In this document: positions 7,635 to 14,814 of the stretch, piece after piece
How the letters are laid out: the number at the start of each line of letters is the position of its first letter
Numbering within the stretch: the first letter of the stretch is position 1
Origin: a virus
Taxonomy: Duplodnaviria; Heunggongvirae; Uroviricota; Caudoviricetes
IMG/VR virus record: IMGVR_UViG_2703718862_000008
Span: 1 to 16,054 of that record
DNA length: 16,054 bases
Strand: one strand, 5' to 3'
The notes under the pieces: generated by a model
The model's input: only the letters and a program-made list of their open reading frames with translations
Told to the model about the DNA's origin: nothing
Databases searched by the model: none
Program-made: the position numbers and the translations under genes

Positions 7635-8439
7635 GGCTTACCCCCTTGCTGACTGGTTTTGCCTGTGCCCTGACGTGCTGCACGTGGCGGGCAAATTTCT
7701 GCTCCCACTGAACCTGCGTGAAAACCTTCCCCTCCGCCATCCAGTAATCCCGGAATGCGGCAAGCTCTGCAGGTGTAAATTCCGGCTCAGGCAGAGCCAT
7801 ACCCCACACAGCTGCCCGTTGTCGAAAATCCGGCGACGGCTGCCAGACAGTGGTCATCGAAAATTTCCCGATCGGTTCGCTCAGGCCGTCCAGGTATTCA
7901 GGTTCGGCTGTCTGCAACGGCGCACCATGCGACTCACTGGTAGGAATACTCTCGCGTTCACGCACGTTATGTGTGGGGTTTAATTCTTTTAGATCTGTAT
8001 CTTTATTAGTTGCTTTTGTGTTTGCGTCATGTTCAAACACAACACCAACATTTGTTTGAACACCTGTTAAATCTCTCTCTTGTTTTGTTTGAACATATGC
8101 TTCCTTTCTGCTTCTTCTGGCCTGAACAGATGCTTTTCCGGCGGCTGATTTTTTGGTCAATTTTTCCCTGACTGATGCCAGATCTTCCTCAATCCGAAGA
8201 TGCACCCATTCATCGCCGTTATCGCAAAAAAACTCCCGCAAGGATGGTTCCACATCAGCCCATCGCTCGTTAGTCAGACGGGAAATTTTTGCCAGCCTGT
8301 TTTTAGGTATTGGTTTCCCTGTTTGCCAGTAATTGAACATCAGCAACAAATACGCACCGTGCTCCTCTGCGGACAAATGCATGGTGTCAGCCAGGTAATC
8401 AGCTATGTACAGTTGCATGTATGGTAATGCGGCCATAAT
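7426..8439 (-). CDS. replication initiation O-like protein: YdaU-type N-terminal domain (family I recall as DUF1376) plus DnaT-like C-terminal domain (337 aa)
   Basis: ATG at 8437-8439 with GAGG 5 nt upstream (the track start at 8490 is TTG). N-terminus MAALPYMQLYIADYLADTMHLSAEEHGAYLLLMFNYWQ; C-terminal segment FSMTTVWQPSPDF...YWMAEGKVFTQVQWEQKFARH resembles the DnaT C-terminus from memory. Confidence 0.65.
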   Translation of the reverse strand: MMAALPYMQLYIADYLADTMHLSAEEHGAYLLLMFNYWQTGKPIPKNRLAKISRLTNERWADVEPSLREFFCDNGDEWVHLRIEEDLASVREKLTKKSAAGKASVQARRSRKEAYVQTKQERDLTGVQTNVGVVFEHDANTKATNKDTDLKELNPTHNVRERESIPTSESHGAPLQTAEPEYLDGLSEPIGKFSMTTVWQPSPDFRQRAAVWGMALPEPEFTPAELAAFRDYWMAEGKVFTQVQWEQKFARHVQHVRAQAKPVSKGVSHAASGGTASRAVQEIRASREQWERENGFISNGNGLEAVGAYGGGVFEPLDSEERGRTFEALDCPDWCDD

Positions 8440-8522
8440 TGCCTCATCTTGTGACGAACCATCCTCTGGTGATATTCTGTGATTCCCCAATCAACAGAAT
8501 CAGCAGGGGTATGGCATAAATA

Positions 8523-8960
8523 TCAATGCACCACAACAGACTCGCCGGATGACCCGCCGTCGCTGAAATACGCTTTCCGGTAAACTGCCTGGACTGCATC
8601 ATCATGCGCATCAATTGCCGTGCTCAACGCTTCCTGGGCCGCCAGTAATGCACGGCGCTCAACAGTGTCAAAAATACTGAGGTGATAACGCAGTTCACGC
8701 GGAAGAACAGTCAGGATAGCTGGAATTAGTGCCTGAATTTTTTCAACAGCATCAGGCGTATCCTTTTCAAGCCAGCGAAAAATATTTTGTATGTTCAATC
8801 CAATACCCTCTGTCGTAGAGGTGTCATGCATTGGTGGATAAGTCATTTCAAGCTGAAAATATGCCGTCGCTATATCATCAGCGATTTTTTTGCGCCCTAC
8901 CCTCGGATAAAGCAGCCACGCATTCATCGCCATGCGGATGTGCTCATGCTTGATTTTCAT
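8523..8960 (-). CDS. ydaT: YdaT-like (CII-like) protein, 145 aa
   Basis: ATG at 8958-8960 overlaps the cro-like stop (ATGA). MKIKHEHI... N-terminus and the position after the Cro-like gene match the Rac ydaS-ydaT arrangement as I recall it. Confidence 0.6.
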   Translation of the reverse strand: MKIKHEHIRMAMNAWLLYPRVGRKKIADDIATAYFQLEMTYPPMHDTSTTEGIGLNIQNIFRWLEKDTPDAVEKIQALIPAILTVLPRELRYHLSIFDTVERRALLAAQEALSTAIDAHDDAVQAVYRKAYFSDGGSSGESVVVH

Positions 8961-9217
8961 GAATCAACTCCCGCCGCTGCTTGTGCGTTAGCCTGATACT
9001 CAACAGGTAAACCATCGGTTGGATTAGGGTATTTATCAGGGCGCAATTCATGCGGAGTTACTCCCCAGTCAAGCGCCTCACATGCTGGTATAACCTCCTC
9101 CGCTGGCACTCGTTTTTTAAACCACCCACTTATGGTTTGCGGTGTTTTACCAAGACGACGCCCTAATTCTGATTGGCTCATTATTGACAGGATTTTCACT
9201 TGAGTACTTTTTTGCAT
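8957..9217 (-). CDS. Cro-like HTH regulator (YdaS/DicC family), 86 aa
   Basis: ATG at 9215-9217 with GGAGGG 5 nt upstream. HTH QSELGRRLGKTPQTISGW and a conserved ELRPD segment. Divergent from the repressor gene. Confidence 0.7.
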   Translation of the reverse strand: MQKSTQVKILSIMSQSELGRRLGKTPQTISGWFKKRVPAEEVIPACEALDWGVTPHELRPDKYPNPTDGLPVEYQANAQAAAGVDS

Positions 9218-9247
9218 GTTTCCCTCCGAACTTTACGATGACACCGA

Positions 9248-9290
9248 TAATTACAAATTTAAACTTAAATTTCAACTTCTATTTGTAATG
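9248..9290. promoter_or_regulatory. OR-like operator/divergent promoter region between the Cro-like and repressor genes
   Basis: AT-rich inverted repeats AATTACAAATTTAA (9249-9262) and ATTTGTAA (9281-9288). Candidate - strand promoter: -35 TTGAAA (9275-9270), 16-nt spacer, -10 TAATTA (9253-9248). Confidence 0.5.
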
Positions 9291-9343
9291 CCACTTATCA
9301 ATTTTTTCTGTAGGATCGCGGAACTAGTTTACGAGGGGTGGTG

Positions 9344-9736
9344 ATGATCTTTGTAAAACGCCTTCAGCAGGTGTTGCAGGAATTGAATATAAACCAGTCA
9401 GAGCTGGGAAGACGTCTTGGTGTAAAACCCCAATCCGTGCAAGGTTGGTTGAAAGGCGTGATGCCAAGAATGGATAAACTGGAAAAATTAGCAGAGCTCT
9501 CACAACATCCCGTCCATTGGTTCTTTATGGAAGAAGAAACTCTCGGCGATAAAATGGCTGTATCCAGTAATGACAACCAACCGCAACTTACAGAACAACA
9601 ACGAAAAATCATATCGCTTTTAGATGAGTTACCTCAAAGCGACGCAGAGCAGATCATTCGTGATATGGAGCAAAAACGCGATTTCTATAAACGGAAACTT
9701 GAAGAGTTACTGCGGCAGAAAAACAAAACTGCCTGA
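9344..9736 (+). CDS. DicA-like prophage repressor (HTH_XRE N-terminus, helical C-terminal domain, no peptidase domain), 130 aa
   Basis: ATG at 9344 with GAGGGG 5 nt upstream (the track start at 9338 is GTG). HTH QSELGRRLGVKPQSVQGWLKG; C-terminal segment resembles DicA from memory. Confidence 0.7.
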   Translation: MIFVKRLQQVLQELNINQSELGRRLGVKPQSVQGWLKGVMPRMDKLEKLAELSQHPVHWFFMEEETLGDKMAVSSNDNQPQLTEQQRKIISLLDELPQSDAEQIIRDMEQKRDFYKRKLEELLRQKNKTA

Positions 9737-9766
9737 TGCATTCCTTTTCTGGAACGAGCATCAGGC
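9716..9766 (-). terminator. intrinsic terminator for the higBA operon, overlapping the 3' end of the convergent repressor gene
   Basis: Perfect 9-bp stem GCCTGATGC/GCATCAGGC (9731-9739 and 9758-9766) with a structured 18-nt loop. On the - strand it is followed by AGTTTTGTTTTTCTG (9730-9716). Confidence 0.45.
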
Positions 9767-9782
9767 AAATGACTAGCAGATT

Positions 9783-10142
9783 TTATAATCCAACCAGGCT
9801 TTCCAGGGGGATACCAAATTGATTATGAAGACGGCGAATCATTGGTAACGTAAGGCTTCTGGTACCATTCAACACCTCATAAACCCGATTTTTTTTCCCA
9901 ATTGCGGGTTCCAAATCTTTCACAGTCAGCCCCTGCTGTTCCATGCGAAATCTTATAGCTTCAATTGGGGATGGTGGCTCAATGGGATAATGTTTTTTTT
10001 CATATTCCTCTATTAGCAAACACATCACCTCAAAAAAATCCCCCTCAGGCGTGTCAATTTCGGGCTCATTGTCGAACATGGGTTCAACAGCACGCAACGC
10101 GGCTTCATAATCTTGCTCTGTACGAATAGGTTTGATGTTCAT
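9783..10142 (-). CDS. higA: HigA-like HTH antitoxin (119 aa)
   Basis: ATG at 10140-10142, 2 nt after the higB stop. C-terminal HTH IGKKNRVYEVLNGTRSLTLPMIRRLHNQFGIP resembles E. coli HigA (YgjM) as recalled. Toxin-first order is typical of higBA. Confidence 0.7.
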   Translation of the reverse strand: MNIKPIRTEQDYEAALRAVEPMFDNEPEIDTPEGDFFEVMCLLIEEYEKKHYPIEPPSPIEAIRFRMEQQGLTVKDLEPAIGKKNRVYEVLNGTRSLTLPMIRRLHNQFGIPLESLVGL

Positions 10143-10144
10143 GC

Positions 10145-10447
10145 TTACTCCAGTTCGATGGTATCAGCATCAATAGCATCGTATTCCTTGTGGTTTCCGA
10201 TGAATTTAACAAATACCCATCCTCGCTGATACGCAATTGCAACAATTAAACGGTAATGATTACCTTTTATGTTGAATACCACGCGCCGGTTTTTCAATAT
10301 ACTGGCCGTTCGGTATTGTACCTTTATGTCTGCTGGGCTTTTCCAGTCAGCTTTTGCCGCCTCATCCACCCATGCCCTTAGCGGTTGTTCTGCATCAGGA
10401 TTCTCCGCCCAAAAATCCCTGAGTGTTTTAACTGAGATAATCTTCAT
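10145..10447 (-). CDS. higB: HigB-family (RelE-fold) mRNA interferase toxin, 100 aa
   Basis: ATG at 10445-10447 (the track ORF extends upstream to 10492). MKIISVKTLRDF...RRVVFNIKGNHYRLIVAIAYQRGWVFVKFIGNHKEYD aligns with K-12 HigB ...HYVFNVGGNELRVVAMVFFESQKCYIREVMTHKEYD from memory. Confidence 0.75.
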   Translation of the reverse strand: MKIISVKTLRDFWAENPDAEQPLRAWVDEAAKADWKSPADIKVQYRTASILKNRRVVFNIKGNHYRLIVAIAYQRGWVFVKFIGNHKEYDAIDADTIELE

Positions 10448-10453
10448 AACTGT

Positions 10454-10482
10454 ATAGTAGTCCCATTTTGGGACTGATGCAA
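10454..10482 (-). promoter_or_regulatory. candidate higBA promoter with operator palindrome in the spacer
   Basis: - strand: -35 TTGCAT (10482-10477), 17-nt spacer containing the palindrome AGTCCCAAAATGGGACT (10475-10459), -10 TACTAT (10459-10454). The ATG is 6 nt downstream, implying a near-leaderless mRNA. Confidence 0.4.
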
Positions 10483-10490
10483 CAGCTCGC

Positions 10491-10544
10491 AATTACAAAT
10501 TTAATAATAAACATGTTGACCAGTTAAATTTTAATTTGTAAATT
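10491..10544 (+). promoter_or_regulatory. OL-like operator and early-left promoter
   Basis: AATTACAAATTTAA (10491-10504) and ATTTGTAA (10534-10541) bracket -35 TTGACC (10516-10521), 17-nt spacer, -10 TAAATT (10539-10544) on the + strand. Confidence 0.45.
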
Positions 10545-10723
10545 GTATCCATAAACCCACCCCGCCCCACAGAACGCAGGGCAATACTTCGAGTTACCCG
10601 GCAGTGGTCAGGGGTTAAGTAGCCAGCCCGAGGCGTAAGAACATGACGGCAGGGTTCAACTTTAATAACTATGCAGCAGGTTTTTGTTCCGCTCCCCCGG
10701 CGTTAAGGGGAAATGAGGTCAGC

Positions 10724-10876
10724 ATGGATACTATCGAGCTTGGCAACAGCGAATCTCTGGTATGCGGCGTGTTTCCCAACCAGGACGGCACGTTTACCGC
10801 GATGACGTATACCAGAAGCAAAACGTTTAAAACTGAAGCTGGCGCGCGTCGCTGGTTAGCCAGAAACACTTACTGA
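10724..10876 (+). CDS. ydfA: YdfA/YdaF-like small protein (family I recall as DUF1391), 50 aa
   Basis: ATG at 10724 with GAGG upstream. MDTIELGNSESLVCGVFPNQDGTFTAMTYTRSKTFKTEAGARRWLARNTY. First gene of the + strand operon, as ydfA follows dicA in Qin. An alternative start at 10643 gives 77 aa. Confidence 0.6.
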   Translation: MDTIELGNSESLVCGVFPNQDGTFTAMTYTRSKTFKTEAGARRWLARNTY

Positions 10877-10887
10877 TGAGGTTGACG

Positions 10888-11262
10888 ATGGAATTTAAAG
10901 ATTTACCAGTACCATTCCAGGAAATGGCATCGAATGTGGTTCGCTCTCAACTGGCGACTCTTGACCTGAGTACCGTAGAAAAAGAAACAATCGACAATAT
11001 ATCCGGTAACGTACGCCGAGCCTTTATCGGGCTGTACGAAGAGAAGCAGCTCTCTGATAACCAGGATTTACATGAAAAATACTTTCTGGAATTAATGGAC
11101 ATCATTAATAAAGGATTTGGCTTGTTAATGAAAAAGAAAGGGATTCGAATAGCTCCCCTTGAAAATCATTTTACAGCAAGCAGTATTAATTCCTGTGATT
11201 TAAAGCATCACACATCCGATGGGAAAGTTGAATCAAACAACAAAATATCAATTAATCATTAA
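10888..11262 (+). CDS. hypothetical protein (124 aa), AT-rich 3' half
   Basis: ATG at 10888 with GAGGT 5 nt upstream (the track start at 10876 overlaps the upstream stop). No recognisable family. Confidence 0.5.
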   Translation: MEFKDLPVPFQEMASNVVRSQLATLDLSTVEKETIDNISGNVRRAFIGLYEEKQLSDNQDLHEKYFLELMDIINKGFGLLMKKKGIRIAPLENHFTASSINSCDLKHHTSDGKVESNNKISINH

Positions 11263-11566
11263 TTTATTCACAGGTGAGGTAGAGTGCGTGCGCCGGACAC
11301 GGATAAGAATCCGGCACTGACAGTTAACTGAAAAGGATATATCCCTGAAAAGTCAGGGCATAACACGAAAGCGCCCGGCGAAGTTAGTCTCTCTGTATAG
11401 GTCGTCGTTAAATTTTCGTCGACCGTGCGCTTCCGGTTGTGGCACTCCGCGAAATGGCGCGGAGGTAAGTATGGCGGGGTTATTCCTTCCCCGTTGAGGA
11501 CACCGGGTTGTCAGGTTGACCATACGCTTAAGTGACAACCCAGCTGCAACGCCCTCTGTTATCAAT

Positions 11567-11624
11567 TTTCTGGTGACGTTTGGCGGTATCAGTTTTACTC
11601 CGTGACTGCTCTGCCACCCTTTTT
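11567..11624 (+). ncRNA. dicF: DicF small regulatory RNA (about 53 nt mature) plus U-tail
   Basis: tttctggtgacgtttggcggtatcagttttactccgtgactgctctgccaccc followed by ttttt matches the DicF sequence as I remember it. It sits immediately upstream of dicB as in Qin. Confidence 0.8.
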
Positions 11625-11628
11625 AAAG

Positions 11629-11789
11629 TGAATTTTGTGATGCGGTGAATGCGGCTATGCGCACGCGGAACAGTTAAAACCGTAAAGTGGTCTTTTACGG
11701 GGCGTAACGGGCATCCTTCTGTATTCCGGCGTTAATTGTTAACTGGTTAACGTCACCTGGAGGCACCAGGCACCGCATCACAAAATTCA
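11629..11789 (+). repeat. 19-bp perfect inverted repeat (TGAATTTTGTGATGCGGTG at 11629-11647; CACCGCATCACAAAATTCA at 11771-11789) enclosing a 123-nt structured segment; candidate RNase III processing stem of the dicF-dicB transcript
   Basis: The inverted repeat is read directly from the sequence. An inner hairpin CCGTAAA...TTTACGG lies near 11680-11700. Confidence 0.6.
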
Positions 11790-11806
11790 TTGTTGAGGAC
11801 GCGATA

Positions 11807-11995
11807 ATGGAAACGTTATTACCAAACGTTAATACGTCTGAAGGTTGTTTTGATATTGGTGTTCTGCTCAGTAACCGGGAGTTTACGGAAGATGCCATTA
11901 AGATGAGAAAATATGAACCTTATCTTCTCAATGATAATTCCATACTTTCCAGAATTGCCCTTCTTGAACTTGGTATTATCGGAGAACAGCAGTGA
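11807..11995 (+). CDS. dicB: cell-division inhibitor DicB (62 aa)
   Basis: METLLPNVNTSEGCFDIGVLLSN... matches the DicB N-terminus as recalled (MKTLLPNVNTSEGCFEIGV...). GAGG lies 8 nt upstream of the ATG. Confidence 0.8.
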   Translation: METLLPNVNTSEGCFDIGVLLSNREFTEDAIKMRKYEPYLLNDNSILSRIALLELGIIGEQQ

Positions 11996-12180
11996 CTTCA
12001 GCATTTGCACTGGTGATGACCGTTTTTCTTATAACGGGTGAGCCACAAAATGTGATTACCGGAATTTATGACAGTAAGTCATCCTGCATTCAGGTAAGGG
12101 ACGAACAAAAAATCCCCGGTGAATGCCTCCCGTTAAAAAAAGTATCGCTGAACCTGAATAACGAAATACCGGCTGGATAA
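11992..12180 (+). CDS. ydfD: YdfD-like small hydrophobic protein (62 aa)
   Basis: GTG at 11992 overlaps the dicB stop (GTGA). Hydrophobic N-terminus FALVMTVFLITG. Position downstream of dicB matches the Qin ydfD slot. Confidence 0.5.
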   Translation: MTSAFALVMTVFLITGEPQNVITGIYDSKSSCIQVRDEQKIPGECLPLKKVSLNLNNEIPAG

Positions 12181-12275
12181 CCCGCCAGCCATATTAACGC
12201 CATACCAACGGATTAAAAATGCCAGCAATGGCAGGGATTCGTTCACCCTGAAATCTGTAATGAGGTTAAAACAAA

Positions 12276-14747
12276 ATGAGTAAAGTCTTTATTTGCGCCG
12301 CTATTCCTGACGAACTGGCAACAAGGGAAGAAGGCGCTGTGGCTGTAGCCACAGCCATTGAAGCTGGCGACGAACGCCGTGCTCGAGCAAAATTTCACTG
12401 GCAATTCCTGGAACATTATCCGGCTGCTCAGGACTGCGCTTATAAATTTATTGTCTGCGAGGATAAACCCGGCATACCCCGCCCTGCCCTCGATTCCTGG
12501 GATACCGAATATATGCAGGAAAATCGCTGGGATGAGGAGTCAGCTTCCTTTGTACCGGTCGAACCTGAATCCGATCCGATGAACGTCAATTTTGACAAGC
12601 TGTCCCCTGAAGTACAGAACGCAGTCCTGGTTAAATTCGACACATGCGAAAACATCACCGTTGATATGGTGATTAGCGCACAGGAATTACTACAGGAAGA
12701 CATGGCAACATTCGGCGGACATATCGTTGAAGCGTTTATGAAAATGCCAGAAGTTAACTCCATGTATCCTGAACTTAAACTGCATGCCATCGGGTGGGTT
12801 AAGCATAAATGTGAGCCTGGCGCTAAATGGCCTGAAATTCAGGCAGAGATGCGCATCTGGAAAAAACGCCGCGAAGGTGAACGCAAGGAAACCGGAAAAT
12901 ACACGTCTGTTGTTGATCTCGCCCGTTCCAGAGTAAACCAACAGAACACTGAAAACGCTGCTGAAAAAAACGGAGCTGTCACTGTTGCCGTTCGCCGCGA
13001 ATACAAACAGACATGGAAAACTCTCGACAATGAGCTGGCCTGCGCCCTCTGGCCCGGTGATGTGGATGCGGGAAACATTGACGGCAGCATCCATCGCTGG
13101 GCAAAAAATGAAGTTATCGACAACGACCGCGAAGACTGGAAGCGTATCTCGGCATCAATGCGCAAACAGCCTGAAGCACTTGGCTATGACCGTCAGATTA
13201 TTTTTGGCCTTGTCCGTGAACGTCCGATCGACATTCACAAAGATCCCGTGGCGCTGAACAAATACATCACTGAATACCTGACTACAAAGGGCGTGTTTGA
13301 AGATGAAGGAACAAATCAGAGCACAACTAATACTCTCCCGTCGCCAGTACCAGAAGCTGATGCAGTGGAAACGGCAATGCCGGACAACGAAAAAACCGAA
13401 TGCAAAGTGGAAGTCGAACCATCTGTAGAGCGTGAGGGGCCGTTCTATTTCCTCTTCACCGACAAGGATGGCGAAAAATACGGTCGCGCAAACAAACTTT
13501 CTGGTCTGGATAAGGCGCTGGCTGCCGGGGCAACTGAAATCACGAAAGAAGAATATTTTGCCCGCAAAAACGGCACATACACAGGTTCACAACAAAATAC
13601 TGATGCATCTGACACGACCGCACAACCAGACCTGGTAAAAGTTACCGCTGACGAAGTAAACAAAATTATGCAGGCAGCCAGTATCAGCCAGCCTGACGCC
13701 GATAAGTTGCTTGCTGCCTCTCGCGGAGAATTTGTTGCAGGGATTAGCGACCCGAATGATCCGAAATGGGTAAAGGGGATTGAAACCCGCGATTCTGTAG
13801 ACCAGAACCAGCAAGAATCGGAACAGAACGACCAGAAAGCGGAACAAAACAGCCCAAATGCGTTACAAAACGAGCCAGAAACGAAACAACCTGAACCAGT
13901 AGTGCAACAGGAACCGGAAAAGATCTGCACCGCCTGCGGTCAGACCGGCGGCGGCAACTGCCCTGATTGTGGCGCGGTGATGGGCGACGCAACATACCAG
14001 GAAACATTCGATGAAGAGTATCAGGTTGAAGTTCAGGAAGATGATCCGGAGGAAATGGAAGGCGCTGAACATCCACACAAGGAGAATGCTGGCAGCGCTC
14101 AGGATCACGCCAGCGATAGTGAAACTGGCGAGACGGCAGATCCCTTAATTACGGTGAACGGTCATCACGTTATCACATCCACCAGCAGGTTGTGGCACCA
14201 TCTGATGATTGACCTTGAAACCATGGGAAAAAATCCTGATGCCCCGATCATCTCAATAGGTGCAATATTTTTCGATCCGCAAACCGGAGATATGGGACCG
14301 GAATTTAGTAAGACTATCGATCTGGAAACTGCTGGCGGGGTCATTGATCGGGACACCATTAAATGGTGGCTTAAGCAATCACGCGAAGCGCAATCTGCCA
14401 TTATGACCGATGAAATCCCGTTAGATGATGCACTGTTACAATTGCGGGAATTTATCGACGAAAACTCCGGTGAATTTTTTGTTCAGGTCTGGGGAAATGG
14501 AGCCAACTTCGACAACACGATTTTGCGCCGTTCATACGAACGGCAGGGGATCCCCTGCCCGTGGCGTTACTACAACGATCGCGATGTACGCACAATCGTT
14601 GAGCTGGGGAAAGCCATAGACTTCGATGCCAGAACTGTTACCCCATTCGAAGGTGAGCGCCATAATGCACTTGATGACGCCCGTTATCAGGCAAAATACG
14701 TTTCAGCTATCTGGCAAAAACTGATCCCGAGTCAGGCTGATTTTTAA
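12276..14747 (+). CDS. large prophage exonuclease (823 aa): N-terminal/central region of unknown family, acidic linker with a CxxC...CxxC zinc ribbon, C-terminal DEDD-type 3'-5' exonuclease domain
   Basis: C-terminal motifs MIDLETMG (Exo I), WGNGANFDNTIL (Exo II) and ERHNALDDARYQ (Exo III) are read directly. CTACGQTGGGNCPDCG zinc ribbon. Occupies the exo/recE slot just upstream of xis-int. Confidence 0.75.
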   Translation: MSKVFICAAIPDELATREEGAVAVATAIEAGDERRARAKFHWQFLEHYPAAQDCAYKFIVCEDKPGIPRPALDSWDTEYMQENRWDEESASFVPVEPESDPMNVNFDKLSPEVQNAVLVKFDTCENITVDMVISAQELLQEDMATFGGHIVEAFMKMPEVNSMYPELKLHAIGWVKHKCEPGAKWPEIQAEMRIWKKRREGERKETGKYTSVVDLARSRVNQQNTENAAEKNGAVTVAVRREYKQTWKTLDNELACALWPGDVDAGNIDGSIHRWAKNEVIDNDREDWKRISASMRKQPEALGYDRQIIFGLVRERPIDIHKDPVALNKYITEYLTTKGVFEDEGTNQSTTNTLPSPVPEADAVETAMPDNEKTECKVEVEPSVEREGPFYFLFTDKDGEKYGRANKLSGLDKALAAGATEITKEEYFARKNGTYTGSQQNTDASDTTAQPDLVKVTADEVNKIMQAASISQPDADKLLAASRGEFVAGISDPNDPKWVKGIETRDSVDQNQQESEQNDQKAEQNSPNALQNEPETKQPEPVVQQEPEKICTACGQTGGGNCPDCGAVMGDATYQETFDEEYQVEVQEDDPEEMEGAEHPHKENAGSAQDHASDSETGETADPLITVNGHHVITSTSRLWHHLMIDLETMGKNPDAPIISIGAIFFDPQTGDMGPEFSKTIDLETAGGVIDRDTIKWWLKQSREAQSAIMTDEIPLDDALLQLREFIDENSGEFFVQVWGNGANFDNTILRRSYERQGIPCPWRYYNDRDVRTIVELGKAIDFDARTVTPFEGERHNALDDARYQAKYVSAIWQKLIPSQADF

Positions 14748-14814
14748 TGTTCAACCCATATCGCCGCCCACCAGCTATAGTGGCGGCGGTCATGCTGTAA
14801 AGGCACGTGACCAC

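Noticed and set aside
6699-8427. + strand ORFs inside the wHTH, P-like and O-like genes
   Set aside because: Antisense to a tightly coupled operon with recognisable domains; products are Ser/Arg/Pro-rich.
9364-9612. - strand ORF inside the repressor gene
   Set aside because: Antisense to a clear HTH repressor with good SD; Cys/Ser-rich product.
11353-11565. - strand 70-aa ORF upstream of dicF
   Set aside because: Lies in the ORF-free leader of the dicF-dicB transcript, antisense to the operon, no SD, Arg/Gly-rich product.
12358-14619. Multiple ORFs on both strands inside the 823-aa exonuclease gene
   Set aside because: All are nested within one long continuous ORF with recognisable DEDD motifs; judged frame artefacts.
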